Source: Trypanosoma brucei (lineage: Eukaryota). From it: a DNA stretch of 64,000 nucleotides. Each line of letters begins with the position of its first letter. The first letter of the stretch is position 1. Under the pieces are notes generated by a model. The model ran no database searches. It was not told the origin of the DNA and saw nothing but the letters and a program-made list of their open reading frames with translations. The DNA lies in assembly GCA_000002445.1 (NCBI GenBank), contig CP000071.1, positions 1,504,001 through 1,568,000 of the forward strand. Reading direction: 5' to 3'. Shown in pieces: positions 41,478 to 51,688 of this stretch. A program made the translations under genes and the position numbers.

Positions 41478-42350
41478 GTTTGGTGACACGGCACGGTGTC
41501 TGGGAGGGTTCCGCTATTCCCATATGTAGGAGGTGTTTCCCTTTGCGGATGCCGTTACCTTTTCAGTGTACTTTACGCCCCTATTATAAGCAGAATGAAG
41601 AAGAATTACCTCCTTAGTTGCGTCGGAAGTACGCCACGGCGGGGCGGGGAGTGCAAGTGCGCTTTTAACGCACACCGCTTTGACGCATTCTGGTGCGTAT
41701 GGGTGTTTGGTGCTTTGAATGTATCAGCGCAGCTCTAGATTGCGCATGCGTGCTTATATTTGTACATTCCTTTGTCTCTTATCAGGCTCGTGCTTTCCTG
41801 GTTTGGAGAATGCGCACGCACCATCTGGGGCCCCCTTCTTGTGGATAAATAAACATATGTTTATTTGTCCATTTATGTATACTTACGTATAAACAGCACC
41901 GTTCTTTGACCACCACACTGAGGCAGGGGTGAGTTTGTAGGACTTTTGCGTGACTTTCACCTATTCATCAGTGATGAATATTCTCTTTGCCTTTGTTGCC
42001 CTCCCCACGCCCTGGAAAATGTACAGCTGCCATTGTGAATGTGAGGAGTAAAGGTCTGATTGGGCGTCGTTACGTGATTGTTCTTTTGTGATTGTGAAAG
42101 ACATAGTATTATTCCGTTGTAAGAGAGTTTCTGTCATGCTTATATTGTGCTGATTCTGCATGTCATATCGGTTTGTCCACCTTTTGTTTATTTTTCGACT
42201 ACTTTCTGAATGTTACGTAGAGGTAGCGAGGCAAAAGAAAAAGAAGATATAGTTTAAGGGCGAATAAGTTGGGTTTCGTACGAAAGGTAAACTCATACCG
42301 CTCGTTCGGTGGGGAGCAGATTCCTTGTTTCCCACTCGAAACATTGAAGG

Positions 42351-42383
42351 CATCCTCTTATCTCTTTCTTCCTTCCTTCTCAG
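42351..42383 (+). promoter_or_regulatory. Polypyrimidine tract plus AG immediately upstream of the Sm-like gene
   Basis: catcctcttatctctttcttccttccttctcAG (AG at 42382-42383). ATG at 42393. Confidence 0.55.
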
Positions 42384-42392
42384 ATCCAACCG

Positions 42393-42770
42393 ATGGATGC
42401 GTTGACGACCAGCACCATACCTTCCGCGTTGGCGGCGGCGGGTTGCCTGCAGCATTCCATGGTGCGCGTGGGATTAACAAACGGCATGGTTTTGACGGGA
42501 CGCATTGTTGAGTTTGATGCTGTAACAATGAATATGAAACTTGATGCCATTACTGACATGGCGGTTTTACATCCTGCTGCGGGTGAGGGGTGTGGGGACT
42601 CCGCATATGAAACGAACCCGGCTGCGTTGCGGTGCTGCAATAGCGTTGTTGTGCGTGGTTGCCATCTGCGCTACATGGACTTTATTGATGAGGAGTCGGA
42701 CAATGGGCGAGGATTGCAGGAATTAATTACCGCAGTTCGTGTTGTAAAACCTTCCGTACCTCAGGATTGA
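42393..42770 (+). CDS. LSM2: Sm-like protein, most similar in pattern to LSm2, with a lineage-specific insertion between the Sm1 and Sm2 motifs (125 aa)
   Basis: Sm1-like segment SMVRVGLTNGMVLTGRIVEFDAVTMNMKLDAI and Sm2-like segment VVVRGCHLRYMDF (compare LSm2 IRGSVVRYVQL). A ~35-aa insertion (TDMAVLHPAAGEGCGDSAYETNPAALRCCNS) separates them. The gene symbol is my inference from this motif pattern and has not been verified. Confidence 0.6.
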   Translation: MDALTTSTIPSALAAAGCLQHSMVRVGLTNGMVLTGRIVEFDAVTMNMKLDAITDMAVLHPAAGEGCGDSAYETNPAALRCCNSVVVRGCHLRYMDFIDEESDNGRGLQELITAVRVVKPSVPQD

Positions 42771-43312
42771 AGTGGCTACAGGCGTGGGCCTTGTGTCTCT
42801 TCCCGGACTACTTTCCCCTCCTTATATTGTTAGTTTTGACGTACTTTTTGCCACGCATTGGGAGATGGTGTGTTGACTTGTGAGTGCCGTTTTCAAATGC
42901 TTCATCTCTGCGCATCGTGAGTAGCCTTTGGGCAACATGGGGATGGCCCCGCGGTGTTGTCATGATTTCTGGCGAAAACTCTTCACGTTTTGGCAGTGTG
43001 ATCAGGGAGTCGCCGCCGTCGCTGTATCGTGAGGACACTGGCTGTTCTGCACTTTTTTTTTTGTTCACTCCCTTCCCTCCTTCTTTCTCGACCTGCACAT
43101 GGAAAGTTGTGTATTTGTCTATTAAAGACTAACAACGCCACCTGCTCATCAAATAAAAAGCCTTTCAGCCACACTGTTGGATTTTACTTACCCTCTCCCC
43201 CAAGTAATAAATCACACATCAGTTATTGGTACCGCCTTCGTCTCAGAACCAAAGGAATATAACGCATCAAGAGAGACCATACAGTTATTTATACTTTTGA
43301 TAGATATTTATA

Positions 43313-44083
43313 ATGCCTGTCTGTGTTCTAGTGCCTCTCCACCAGGCCGATACTCCTGCCGTCACGGAGGAAATGCTTGGGAGCGCTGTGCGTGTCGCCT
43401 TCAATGAATTGCGTATGATTGGCCTGGGATGTATAACATGTTGTTCTGTGTCTTCCGCAAGGCTTCAGCAGGAGGTGCGGCGTCGTTACCCACTGGCTTA
43501 CGACCGTCATATCATGTGTGGGCAATGGGCCGGGAAGTGGCACCATTTTGTGGAGGGAGTGGCAGGGCTACGTTGCTTTTTGTATAGCACAACGGATTAC
43601 GCTGAGGCTGCTCATTTGGCGACACATATTGCCGTATCTGAGTTGCGTTGCTGTTTGCAGGAGGACATCTTTAGCCTCGTGAGGCTTTCAGATGAGGGAG
43701 TGGGTGCTCGACTTCTTTCCGATGTACTCGAACACACAACTCTGAACCACAACTGCTGGCAACTGGCTCTGGAAGCTGTCATCACTTCCCAATTGAATGG
43801 AAGACCCCGCTGGTTGTCCAAAGCAGTAGAGGCACCACACGTCGTGGAGCTCCTCCGACAAATTAATGAACCTCCCTTCCCGGGGCGGAGGCCGGGGAGT
43901 GAGCGACTGAGGCGCTGTGCTGCACACGAGTTGGTGAAACTTCTTTCCGCAAGGTACGAACTCGTACGCCATGTGAGCGGCTCGCAGCTCCGCCGACACG
44001 TAAGTCAATGCCTTTGTACGTGGGGCGCTATTCCTGCTACATTCAATAAGTGGGACGAGGAACGTATTGCGGTTAATGGCTAA
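43313..44083 (+). CDS. Hypothetical protein (256 aa), Cys/Arg-rich, no recognised motif
   Basis: ORF on the same strand as its neighbours, with an upstream pyrimidine tract (43030-43090) and coding-like composition. No similarity recognised by eye. Confidence 0.5.
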   Translation: MPVCVLVPLHQADTPAVTEEMLGSAVRVAFNELRMIGLGCITCCSVSSARLQQEVRRRYPLAYDRHIMCGQWAGKWHHFVEGVAGLRCFLYSTTDYAEAAHLATHIAVSELRCCLQEDIFSLVRLSDEGVGARLLSDVLEHTTLNHNCWQLALEAVITSQLNGRPRWLSKAVEAPHVVELLRQINEPPFPGRRPGSERLRRCAAHELVKLLSARYELVRHVSGSQLRRHVSQCLCTWGAIPATFNKWDEERIAVNG

Positions 44084-44362
44084 TAATAATAATAATTAAA
44101 AGAGGAATAATGTAGCGGTCGTAGTGTCCTGATTACCATGTGACATTAGAGTTGGTACCATAAGATATTTTTTTTCCTTACTTGACGTTGCTGTTTTGTA
44201 GAAGATCGTTGCAAGGGGTATTGTGGTTCTTAAGTTCCTACTCGAGCTTGTGCCTTGAGCTTGGCTTGTTTTCATTGCCTGTTCATAGCTCGTCCATTCA
44301 TGCATGTTCTACATATAAATATGTATCGGTACGCATATTTAAACTGATGATGCCGCCTTTCA

Positions 44363-44377
44363 CCCCCCCCCCCCCCC
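44363..44377. repeat. Poly(C) homopolymer (C15)
   Basis: cacccccccccccccccata read directly. Confidence 0.9.
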
Positions 44378-45690
44378 ATATATCAGCAACGACTTCTCGC
44401 TTGCTCTTGGTTTACTTTTTTAAAGCAGTTCATTCCCTTTCCAACTTCTTTTTTTTAGTTAATATTGTCATTGCTTCTGCCCACGCCCCCACGGGGGCTG
44501 AGCCTTACTGTGTTTCATTTATTTACTTTTTTACAGCCCGTTGCTGACGGGTGCCACAATTTTTGTATATATATATATATTTTTTTTTGAAATTACTCCT
44601 CTTCACTTGTTATATCATCACATCACTTATTGAGCACCAAGCCTTCTGGTGGTAGTGCTTTGTTTCTTTTTGCCTTTAATAAAAAGAAGGGTTTGATTTA
44701 AAAAAAAACAACAACAAAAGAATTAGTTTGATTTAACACGCGTTTTTATTGTTCTCGGGTATTTGTTTATTGTTTATTTTAAACAGGCTCTAGAAACACC
44801 TTGCTGATTAATTTGTTCGTATCACCCGTCTGTCCTTTACAGCCGCGGCTGTTAGCACAACAGGGATGCGTGAACACATACCCAAAACTGCAATTTTTTT
44901 AATAAAATATATTCATTCGTATCGACCTCAATCACCACCATCGATGCAACCGTAGCAACACTTTATTTTGTGCTGTTTTAAACGTGTGTTAGATGTGTGT
45001 GTGTGTGTTTATTATTATTCACTTGGCTTGTTTCCTCACTTTGTTTTAATACCGGAGAGAAAATAGATCACTTTACTTCCTCCGCGGTCTCTCAGGATCA
45101 CTTTACCCCTTTTTATTATCTTCTTTATTTACTTTTTTTTTTTTTTAAAAAAATATATTTTGTATTTAATATATGCGGGATGTCGTAGATTCGTGAATGG
45201 ACATTGAGTACAGCTGCTGATAAGAGCATTTGTTGTTGGTGCTGCTGAATTTCGGCAACCTCATTTCAGTACAACCCTCATAACTATCACTATTTTTGCT
45301 ACCCGTAGGTGTTTTGTCACATGTTTACCCACCACACACTCTACAGTTTTCTTCTGTTTTCTTTCTTTTTCTTTTATCTGTTCTACACCTCTTCAACTGA
45401 AACTTCGCGTACACATCTTCACACGCATGTTTCCACCCAGCGGGTGCCTCCCGGCGAAAGAAAAAAAAGGAAGGAAAAAAGAAAAGCTGCATCAAAAACA
45501 ACTCTCGAGAGTTATCGTTGTTTTCGCTATCGTTCGTCACAAAAAAGTAAATAAACGAAACGGCCTTTCCGGAAGGTTTTCACCTCAGTAGCGAGTGAAA
45601 GGAGGAGAGGAGGATACAATTAAAGAGAGATTAAAAAAAAAAACAGGGAAGGGAGACGAATTGAAGGAAAAGGCTCAAACGAGGGGAGCA

Positions 45691-48600
45691 ATGATGCGCC
45701 GAGTGGCTTCGACTGGAAGCAATGGGGGACATTGTTACGTTGGTTCGTCCTTGTGGGCAGACAGTGTGTATATGGAGGTTTCCTCCATAACTTTACAGAA
45801 GCGTTTCTCCTTCAAGTATGCAACAAAGCTTCAGCACGACGAAATGCGGCAGCCGTATTACATCCATGAAAAACGCTACGGCATCTTTAGTAACGAAAGA
45901 AACATAGCCAAAGCGAGGCGCGGTCTTCCCTTCATCACTCCCCTCTACACGAAGCATATGAATCTTTGGGATACCGACACAGACGCTAGCAACAATCGTT
46001 TCTTCAGAGGCTATTATTATGGCCAGCGGGAGCTGCACCAGTTACTTGGGCGACCCCACAGTCTCGAAGCAACGAACGCTGATGGCAGCAACGACTTGTC
46101 CACGTACGAGGCCAACACAAGCCAATTATACAAGGGCATACCGCGACCTGCTATAACGAATCTACACTATGAGCCCGCGTGGCGCTATACATTATACCAA
46201 GCAGGTGCGCACGGAGCGCAGCTCTCCAACCCACGTAGTCCCTTCACCGCCAAAGTGCTTGGTGACGAATTGATGCAAGTGCGCGACATCAAGAGCGTAG
46301 AGCATTGCAAAGCTTGGTTTGATCGTTTGCAGTACCTCATCAACTTACACTATGAGGCGGTAGGTGACATTGGAGAGTTCAAGTCTCGTCACACCCGACA
46401 CGTGCACGAGTTCTTCGTTGCCTTTCACGATGCACTGAGCAGCCTTGACTTTCGTGATACGTACCTATTCGACCAGTTCAAGGCGGTCCGCCCTCCGGAG
46501 TTATCGGATCTATTTGGCATCTTCCTTGAGATGGAAGCCAACTACGTTCATGAAGACTATTGCCCCCGGTGCAGTCTACCGTACAGCACTACCCGTTACT
46601 GTGGTGAAGGGGATGTGGATACGCCGTTCAGAAAGCACCGTGGGCGATGGGCCCCTCATCAAAAATGGGGACGTGAGTGGTATGACGTTGTGGCACGTCG
46701 TGCAGAGGCCTTATGGTACCGTGCAACGGAGGACCCATACTTTGGGACACCGCAGCATACCCAGCGACAGGCGGAGGCACTGCTGAAGGTGTATGTACAG
46801 GCGAAGCAACGGGGAAAGGCAATTGATTTTATGAATAAGCTACGGGGAAGTGTAGAGTACCTGACAGGGGACATAACCATCACAACAGTCATGCAAGAGT
46901 CCTATGACGCGCTGCTCGACACAACACCTCATCCACACCTTTTAACAAACGGCTTCACACTGGAGAGTGATGCGGCGAAGTACACTGGAGAAGTGAACAA
47001 GGCGCCGCTTTCTCCGTTGCAATTTCGTATCGACATGGAAATGAACAAGTACCGCAGACAGCAAAAAGAAGAAGGTGTTGTTCGTGTTCCACCCGCCTTG
47101 TGGCGTCTGGATACATCTGCAATTGTACCATACAAGGTTGATTCCAAGACAAGACGCATCGTTAACTGGCGTGAGGTAAAGGAGGGCATCGAAAAATCAT
47201 TCCTCTCCGTGGGGCTGCCGAAGGAGGCGTATACTGGCAACGAGTGGCGCGAGATGTTGTACTTGCATGATGTTATTGCTAACCGAGAGGCCAAGGCGGC
47301 GGTGTTGGAGCAGCAGCAGAAGCTTGACCGCGAGAAATTGAAAGCCCGAGAAAGAGCTTCATTGAAGGGTGAGAAAAGCAGCAACAGTGCCAGCAATGGC
47401 ATTGGCATTATATTCCCCGATAAAGATGGCTATCAGGTTTTCTTCGTAGACGAGGCATCCCTTCGACCTTTTGGTATTGGGGCCTCCGGAACACTGTTCA
47501 AAGCCGTTGCCCGCGTGTACCCCTCGCCCGCGGCGGTGCCGTACGACGATCCAGTCCATGGAAAGCAGTTTCTGATTGACACAACAGATGAAACATGCCA
47601 CCTTTTTGGCGGCTTTGAACATGGTGATCGATTACTACTACGTGCTAAGAGTAGTGGAGGTGATGTTGATGGTGGTAACAATAGCAATTGTAGGAATACC
47701 GGTAGCTTTACCGACGAGGAAGAGGAGGTAATAGTGATGGGTGTTAGCACAGAAGGCAGCGATGCGGAACGAATGTTGTGCGCCATGCACGTGGATACTG
47801 GGAAGCAGCGGGAGCGTGGGATTGTTTTCCTTGGAACCGACTGCATTGACATACGCGAGCGATGGGAGTCGGTTCGCTATGCCGCATCTGCGTATGTGAA
47901 GGGGCGTGTGACGTTGTTGGAATCGCAGCGAACAGCGCGAGAAGAATTTATGGGACAGGTGGTTGGTATTCGCGACGGTGTGTTGTTTGTGCAGTGGCGG
48001 CTTCTGAAAGGTGGCGGGAGCGTTCTTGATCGCAGTGTTGCGGTACCTATTGGGGACTCAACTCAAGTGCGTGAACTGTTTGTTGAGACAAAGGTGCTTG
48101 GTGTTGAACCGTTGCAGTCGCCACCCTCGTGGCGAACACCATTTCGGAATGACTTTGCGGAAGAGCGTCTTAAGGAGTTGCAGCGGGCGCCCTTCAAGAG
48201 GGAAAAATATGTCTCTCTAATTCAGGGTAAGTACACACCGAAGGTTAAGAAGTTTGGCTACACTCAGCACACAACTGTGGATGACTTCGAAACGAAGGAG
48301 TATAAAGACCGACTGCTCTCGAAGCAGTTCTTCCAAAACCCACAGGCTTTTGAGGTAGTCCCTGACCGGAACGAGCGCAGTGTGCAGTTTGGTGGTAAAT
48401 GGGAATATCAACGAACGCATGGCCTTCCAACTGTCGATCGAAACGAACTGGAAAACGGGTGGAGCGAGGTAGAACCAATTAGCGACGGCGAGATGAAAGT
48501 GATTGAGCAAGCGCTACGCGACATCAGTGGTCCCCGTCCTGGAAACTTTGTTAAACCGCCTAGCAAAACAAAATCACTTCAGTTGAGCGAAAGTTGGTGG

Positions 48601-51057
48601 GAACCACTTGGGTACGGTTGGGAACAACACAATGAGGAACAGAAAGCGTTGTGCGATGTAACTGAGCAGCGGCTTATTGACGGTTCAAATCTACCATTCG
48701 GGGGGAAATTGCCACCGTTTGGGACTTCATACGGTATGGGTGAACGTATGCGCGCAATCATTGAGGATTACTCGAAGGGATTCGGACTAGGGCCGCACGG
48801 ACACTCGCCGACTCACGACACAATACATTACAACACATTAAATGCTGAAGGTGAGCGTGTGCGTGATTTGGGTTACACTGATGCACTTGGACGTCTTTTC
48901 AGCGAGAAACTTGGGGACAGGGACGTGCACCAGTGGGCTGTGGAATCATGTGCCGATGGCGAAGCGGATGTGAGGCAGCTCCTACTCTCGTTGCACGAAT
49001 GGCGCGAGCGTGGTAGGCCGCCGTCGCTGTTACTGGCTAATGTACTGTCAAAGTATCTTGAGGAAGAGATTGCTGCGTTTAACAAGGGCATTCCTGAAAA
49101 TGCACCCAAGCTTCAACTTGAGACATCGGATGGTACGTTAGCCCACAGCGGAAGCGGTGGGTCGCGAAGTGGAACGATGTGGGCGGATGTTGATCCAACA
49201 ACTTTTGCTTTGCATCAGGCCAGTCAAAGCATCCGCAGCACTAGATGTGATGAACCCTTTATCCTTCACCTTGTGAAGCGTGCGAAGTTGGGCGAATGCG
49301 TCACGAACTTCACAGATACTGCGTACATCGCCCACCTCGAAAGTTCTGTTATCAATGAATTCCACTTGGCCCTGACGAAGCTAGTTGGGAAGGGCATATC
49401 CCCGACCTTGCTTGCGCAGAAAACTGGGCAGTTACACCGTGGTTCGGTGCGAGTGGGTGGAAATGTAGTCCCGTTTGTGAAAAGCCGGGAGTTGTCAAGA
49501 CTCCTGGAGCGTATGGGGCTCACATCGGAGAGCATTGCTGTTATCACGCGCGGGCTTGCCAATTGCCCGGAGCAAGAGTCTGTTGGCGATGACTTCGCAG
49601 TGCCCGTATCGCTGATCCTTTCATGGGACGGTCCCGGGAGCAGCGGTGGCAGTGGCAGTGGTGACCGCCGTCTCAACACCACCGCCGTCCGCAACGAACA
49701 GCAACGTAAGGGTTCTGCGGCTCTTTCTAGTGCCATACGGCAGCTCAGCCAACATCAGAAGCAGCGTGGTAGTGCTTCAGGCAGAGGCTGGCAAAACGAG
49801 GACAAAATGGTTGTTCACGTTCTGGAGGAACTGTCGTTACGAAATGATGGCCTAGTGATGGACATCCAATATGCAATTCGTGAAAACAAGAAAAATCGTC
49901 GCCTACGGTGGGAGTTCGTTACCACACTTCTTCCTGTTTTTGGTGGTAACGAAGCTAAAGTGGAGCAGCTGTACAGTGATTACTGCGACGGGAAGTATGT
50001 GCCCAACATTACGGTAGCTGTAGAAGCTTTCATTGCCTTTCTGCACAACGCTACGCAGCACCCGGAGACGTATTCAGCTTCAGACTACTTCGACATTGAT
50101 GACGGTAAGAGTTCAACTGCTAGCGGCACCGGTGACCAACCCTCTGCTGGACAGTACACCACCCTGAAGCTACTCGATCCGTTGGAGGGTCCATTCGTTT
50201 TTGACAACGTAAAGGTGGAATATATCCAGACTGTGGAGCGATTTAGGCGCCATGGGATTCGGGCTGGCCCAGTTATGGCACCCGCAACCGGATTTATTGC
50301 GGCCAACTGCAAGTCGTTGAACTACTTTACTCGGCGGCAGGAGGAGGTGGTATACGTCACAAATGATTCCGATCAGGGATTGCGGCGGTCGCTAGAAAAC
50401 AGTGCGTATCACAAGACGATAGCGGCCAACCCCGCGTTGCAGTATTTGCTCAAAGCTCGGCGCGGAGCAGCCTTGGTTGAGACGTTTAACCGATTCTTCT
50501 ACCGGACAATGCCTATGCTTAACTTTTACCAGAACGTGCTTAAACACTACTCAGAAACAATTCAACCGCTCCGACAGGCAGCGAAGAGCAGTACACGCGG
50601 TTTGGCGCGGGCACTGGAAAGTGAGCGGTCCGCTGCAATGGAGGAGTTTCGTCGGAACAGCGAGCGATACTGGAGGAATATTATTGAGGGTCGTAGTGTG
50701 GAGCAGGTCGTGCTGGCAAACGGTGAGTCAAATAGGCGGACCGTCGGTGGTGGTGCCGGTGAGCAACTGCAGAAACCGCAGGGCAACCATGATGCCGTAA
50801 GAACGAACTTTACTGGCGAAGCGACAGATGGAAGCAGGAAGGGGCAGAGACAACATCAGCAACCACCGTTGTCGCAACAACAGCAGCATTCCCGTGGCGA
50901 GGGGGAGCGAAGTGCCGTTCATACTTCTCCCCGACAAGGTGGGTCCCGGGGTATGGCGGATTTGCTGTCCAGACTGAATACACCCAAAACGGGATCAGGT
51001 GTAAAGGGGAGCACTGCAAAAAATACCGGTAACAATAGACGTGGACCAAAATCCTGA
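45691..51057 (+). CDS. Large hypothetical protein (1788 aa from the first ATG MMRRVAS...; the track opens at a GTG at 45595) with a Gln-rich C-terminal tail
   Basis: Uninterrupted 5.4-kb ORF with coding-like composition. The C-terminus is QQHQQPPLSQQQQHSRGEGERS. No catalytic motif recognised. The upstream polypyrimidine tract lies at 45330-45400. Confidence 0.7.
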   Translation: MMRRVASTGSNGGHCYVGSSLWADSVYMEVSSITLQKRFSFKYATKLQHDEMRQPYYIHEKRYGIFSNERNIAKARRGLPFITPLYTKHMNLWDTDTDASNNRFFRGYYYGQRELHQLLGRPHSLEATNADGSNDLSTYEANTSQLYKGIPRPAITNLHYEPAWRYTLYQAGAHGAQLSNPRSPFTAKVLGDELMQVRDIKSVEHCKAWFDRLQYLINLHYEAVGDIGEFKSRHTRHVHEFFVAFHDALSSLDFRDTYLFDQFKAVRPPELSDLFGIFLEMEANYVHEDYCPRCSLPYSTTRYCGEGDVDTPFRKHRGRWAPHQKWGREWYDVVARRAEALWYRATEDPYFGTPQHTQRQAEALLKVYVQAKQRGKAIDFMNKLRGSVEYLTGDITITTVMQESYDALLDTTPHPHLLTNGFTLESDAAKYTGEVNKAPLSPLQFRIDMEMNKYRRQQKEEGVVRVPPALWRLDTSAIVPYKVDSKTRRIVNWREVKEGIEKSFLSVGLPKEAYTGNEWREMLYLHDVIANREAKAAVLEQQQKLDREKLKARERASLKGEKSSNSASNGIGIIFPDKDGYQVFFVDEASLRPFGIGASGTLFKAVARVYPSPAAVPYDDPVHGKQFLIDTTDETCHLFGGFEHGDRLLLRAKSSGGDVDGGNNSNCRNTGSFTDEEEEVIVMGVSTEGSDAERMLCAMHVDTGKQRERGIVFLGTDCIDIRERWESVRYAASAYVKGRVTLLESQRTAREEFMGQVVGIRDGVLFVQWRLLKGGGSVLDRSVAVPIGDSTQVRELFVETKVLGVEPLQSPPSWRTPFRNDFAEERLKELQRAPFKREKYVSLIQGKYTPKVKKFGYTQHTTVDDFETKEYKDRLLSKQFFQNPQAFEVVPDRNERSVQFGGKWEYQRTHGLPTVDRNELENGWSEVEPISDGEMKVIEQALRDISGPRPGNFVKPPSKTKSLQLSESWWEPLGYGWEQHNEEQKALCDVTEQRLIDGSNLPFGGKLPPFGTSYGMGERMRAIIEDYSKGFGLGPHGHSPTHDTIHYNTLNAEGERVRDLGYTDALGRLFSEKLGDRDVHQWAVESCADGEADVRQLLLSLHEWRERGRPPSLLLANVLSKYLEEEIAAFNKGIPENAPKLQLETSDGTLAHSGSGGSRSGTMWADVDPTTFALHQASQSIRSTRCDEPFILHLVKRAKLGECVTNFTDTAYIAHLESSVINEFHLALTKLVGKGISPTLLAQKTGQLHRGSVRVGGNVVPFVKSRELSRLLERMGLTSESIAVITRGLANCPEQESVGDDFAVPVSLILSWDGPGSSGGSGSGDRRLNTTAVRNEQQRKGSAALSSAIRQLSQHQKQRGSASGRGWQNEDKMVVHVLEELSLRNDGLVMDIQYAIRENKKNRRLRWEFVTTLLPVFGGNEAKVEQLYSDYCDGKYVPNITVAVEAFIAFLHNATQHPETYSASDYFDIDDGKSSTASGTGDQPSAGQYTTLKLLDPLEGPFVFDNVKVEYIQTVERFRRHGIRAGPVMAPATGFIAANCKSLNYFTRRQEEVVYVTNDSDQGLRRSLENSAYHKTIAANPALQYLLKARRGAALVETFNRFFYRTMPMLNFYQNVLKHYSETIQPLRQAAKSSTRGLARALESERSAAMEEFRRNSERYWRNIIEGRSVEQVVLANGESNRRTVGGGAGEQLQKPQGNHDAVRTNFTGEATDGSRKGQRQHQQPPLSQQQQHSRGEGERSAVHTSPRQGGSRGMADLLSRLNTPKTGSGVKGSTAKNTGNNRRGPKS

Positions 51058-51688
51058 GGCGAGTGAGGATCCAATGGAATTTGAGTGTGTGGGGACTGGA
51101 AAGGTTTTCGGGGAGTGGAGTTAACGAGGTTGTTTTTGACGTGGCGATGCAATGGTCGTGGAAAGGGGGAAACGGAAAGTTCGCATCGACGGGTTGCTCG
51201 TAGTGATCGGCACTCATCTTGGGTTGGCGTGGTATTTTCCCCTACTGTGCCGAAGGTGGAAGGGCAAAGAGTTGGCAGGCGATACGGAAAGATATGGCGC
51301 ATCCACGTCTTTGTTGTTTTAACTCCCTGTTCCGACCTGCTGCTGCCGGGGTGTGGCATGCGCCTCTTTGTTTTCTGTTGGATTTGCACTACCGAGACTT
51401 AGAGGAATTACAGCAACCACGACGCACTTAGTGAGTCCTTCCCTCACATTTTTTTCCTTTTCCTTCATTCAGTTGTTGGGAAATGAGATTAAGTACATCC
51501 ACTCATGGAACACACTTCATCTGTTCTGTCCATACTCCGAAACTTTCTTTTTCATTTCTACACTTTTTTATCGGCAGGCCGTTGTTACTTTATTTTCTCC
51601 ATGGAAAGTTAGTTTTGGCCAGATATTTATTATTTTGTTTTGAAGAAAGCCCGATCTCCTCCGTACAACCTGAAGGTTTCTGTGCTTG

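Noticed and set aside
41960-42160. Possible C/D-box snoRNA-like elements (GTGATGA at ~41969 with CTGA at ~42055; another CTGA at ~42150) in the intergenic region upstream of the LSm gene
   Set aside because: The putative C box is part of a perfect palindrome (TTCATCAGTGATGAA), so it may be coincidental. No convincing D'/C' pair, terminal stem or rRNA-complementary guide could be identified by eye. It is kept only as a weak candidate for small-RNA mapping.
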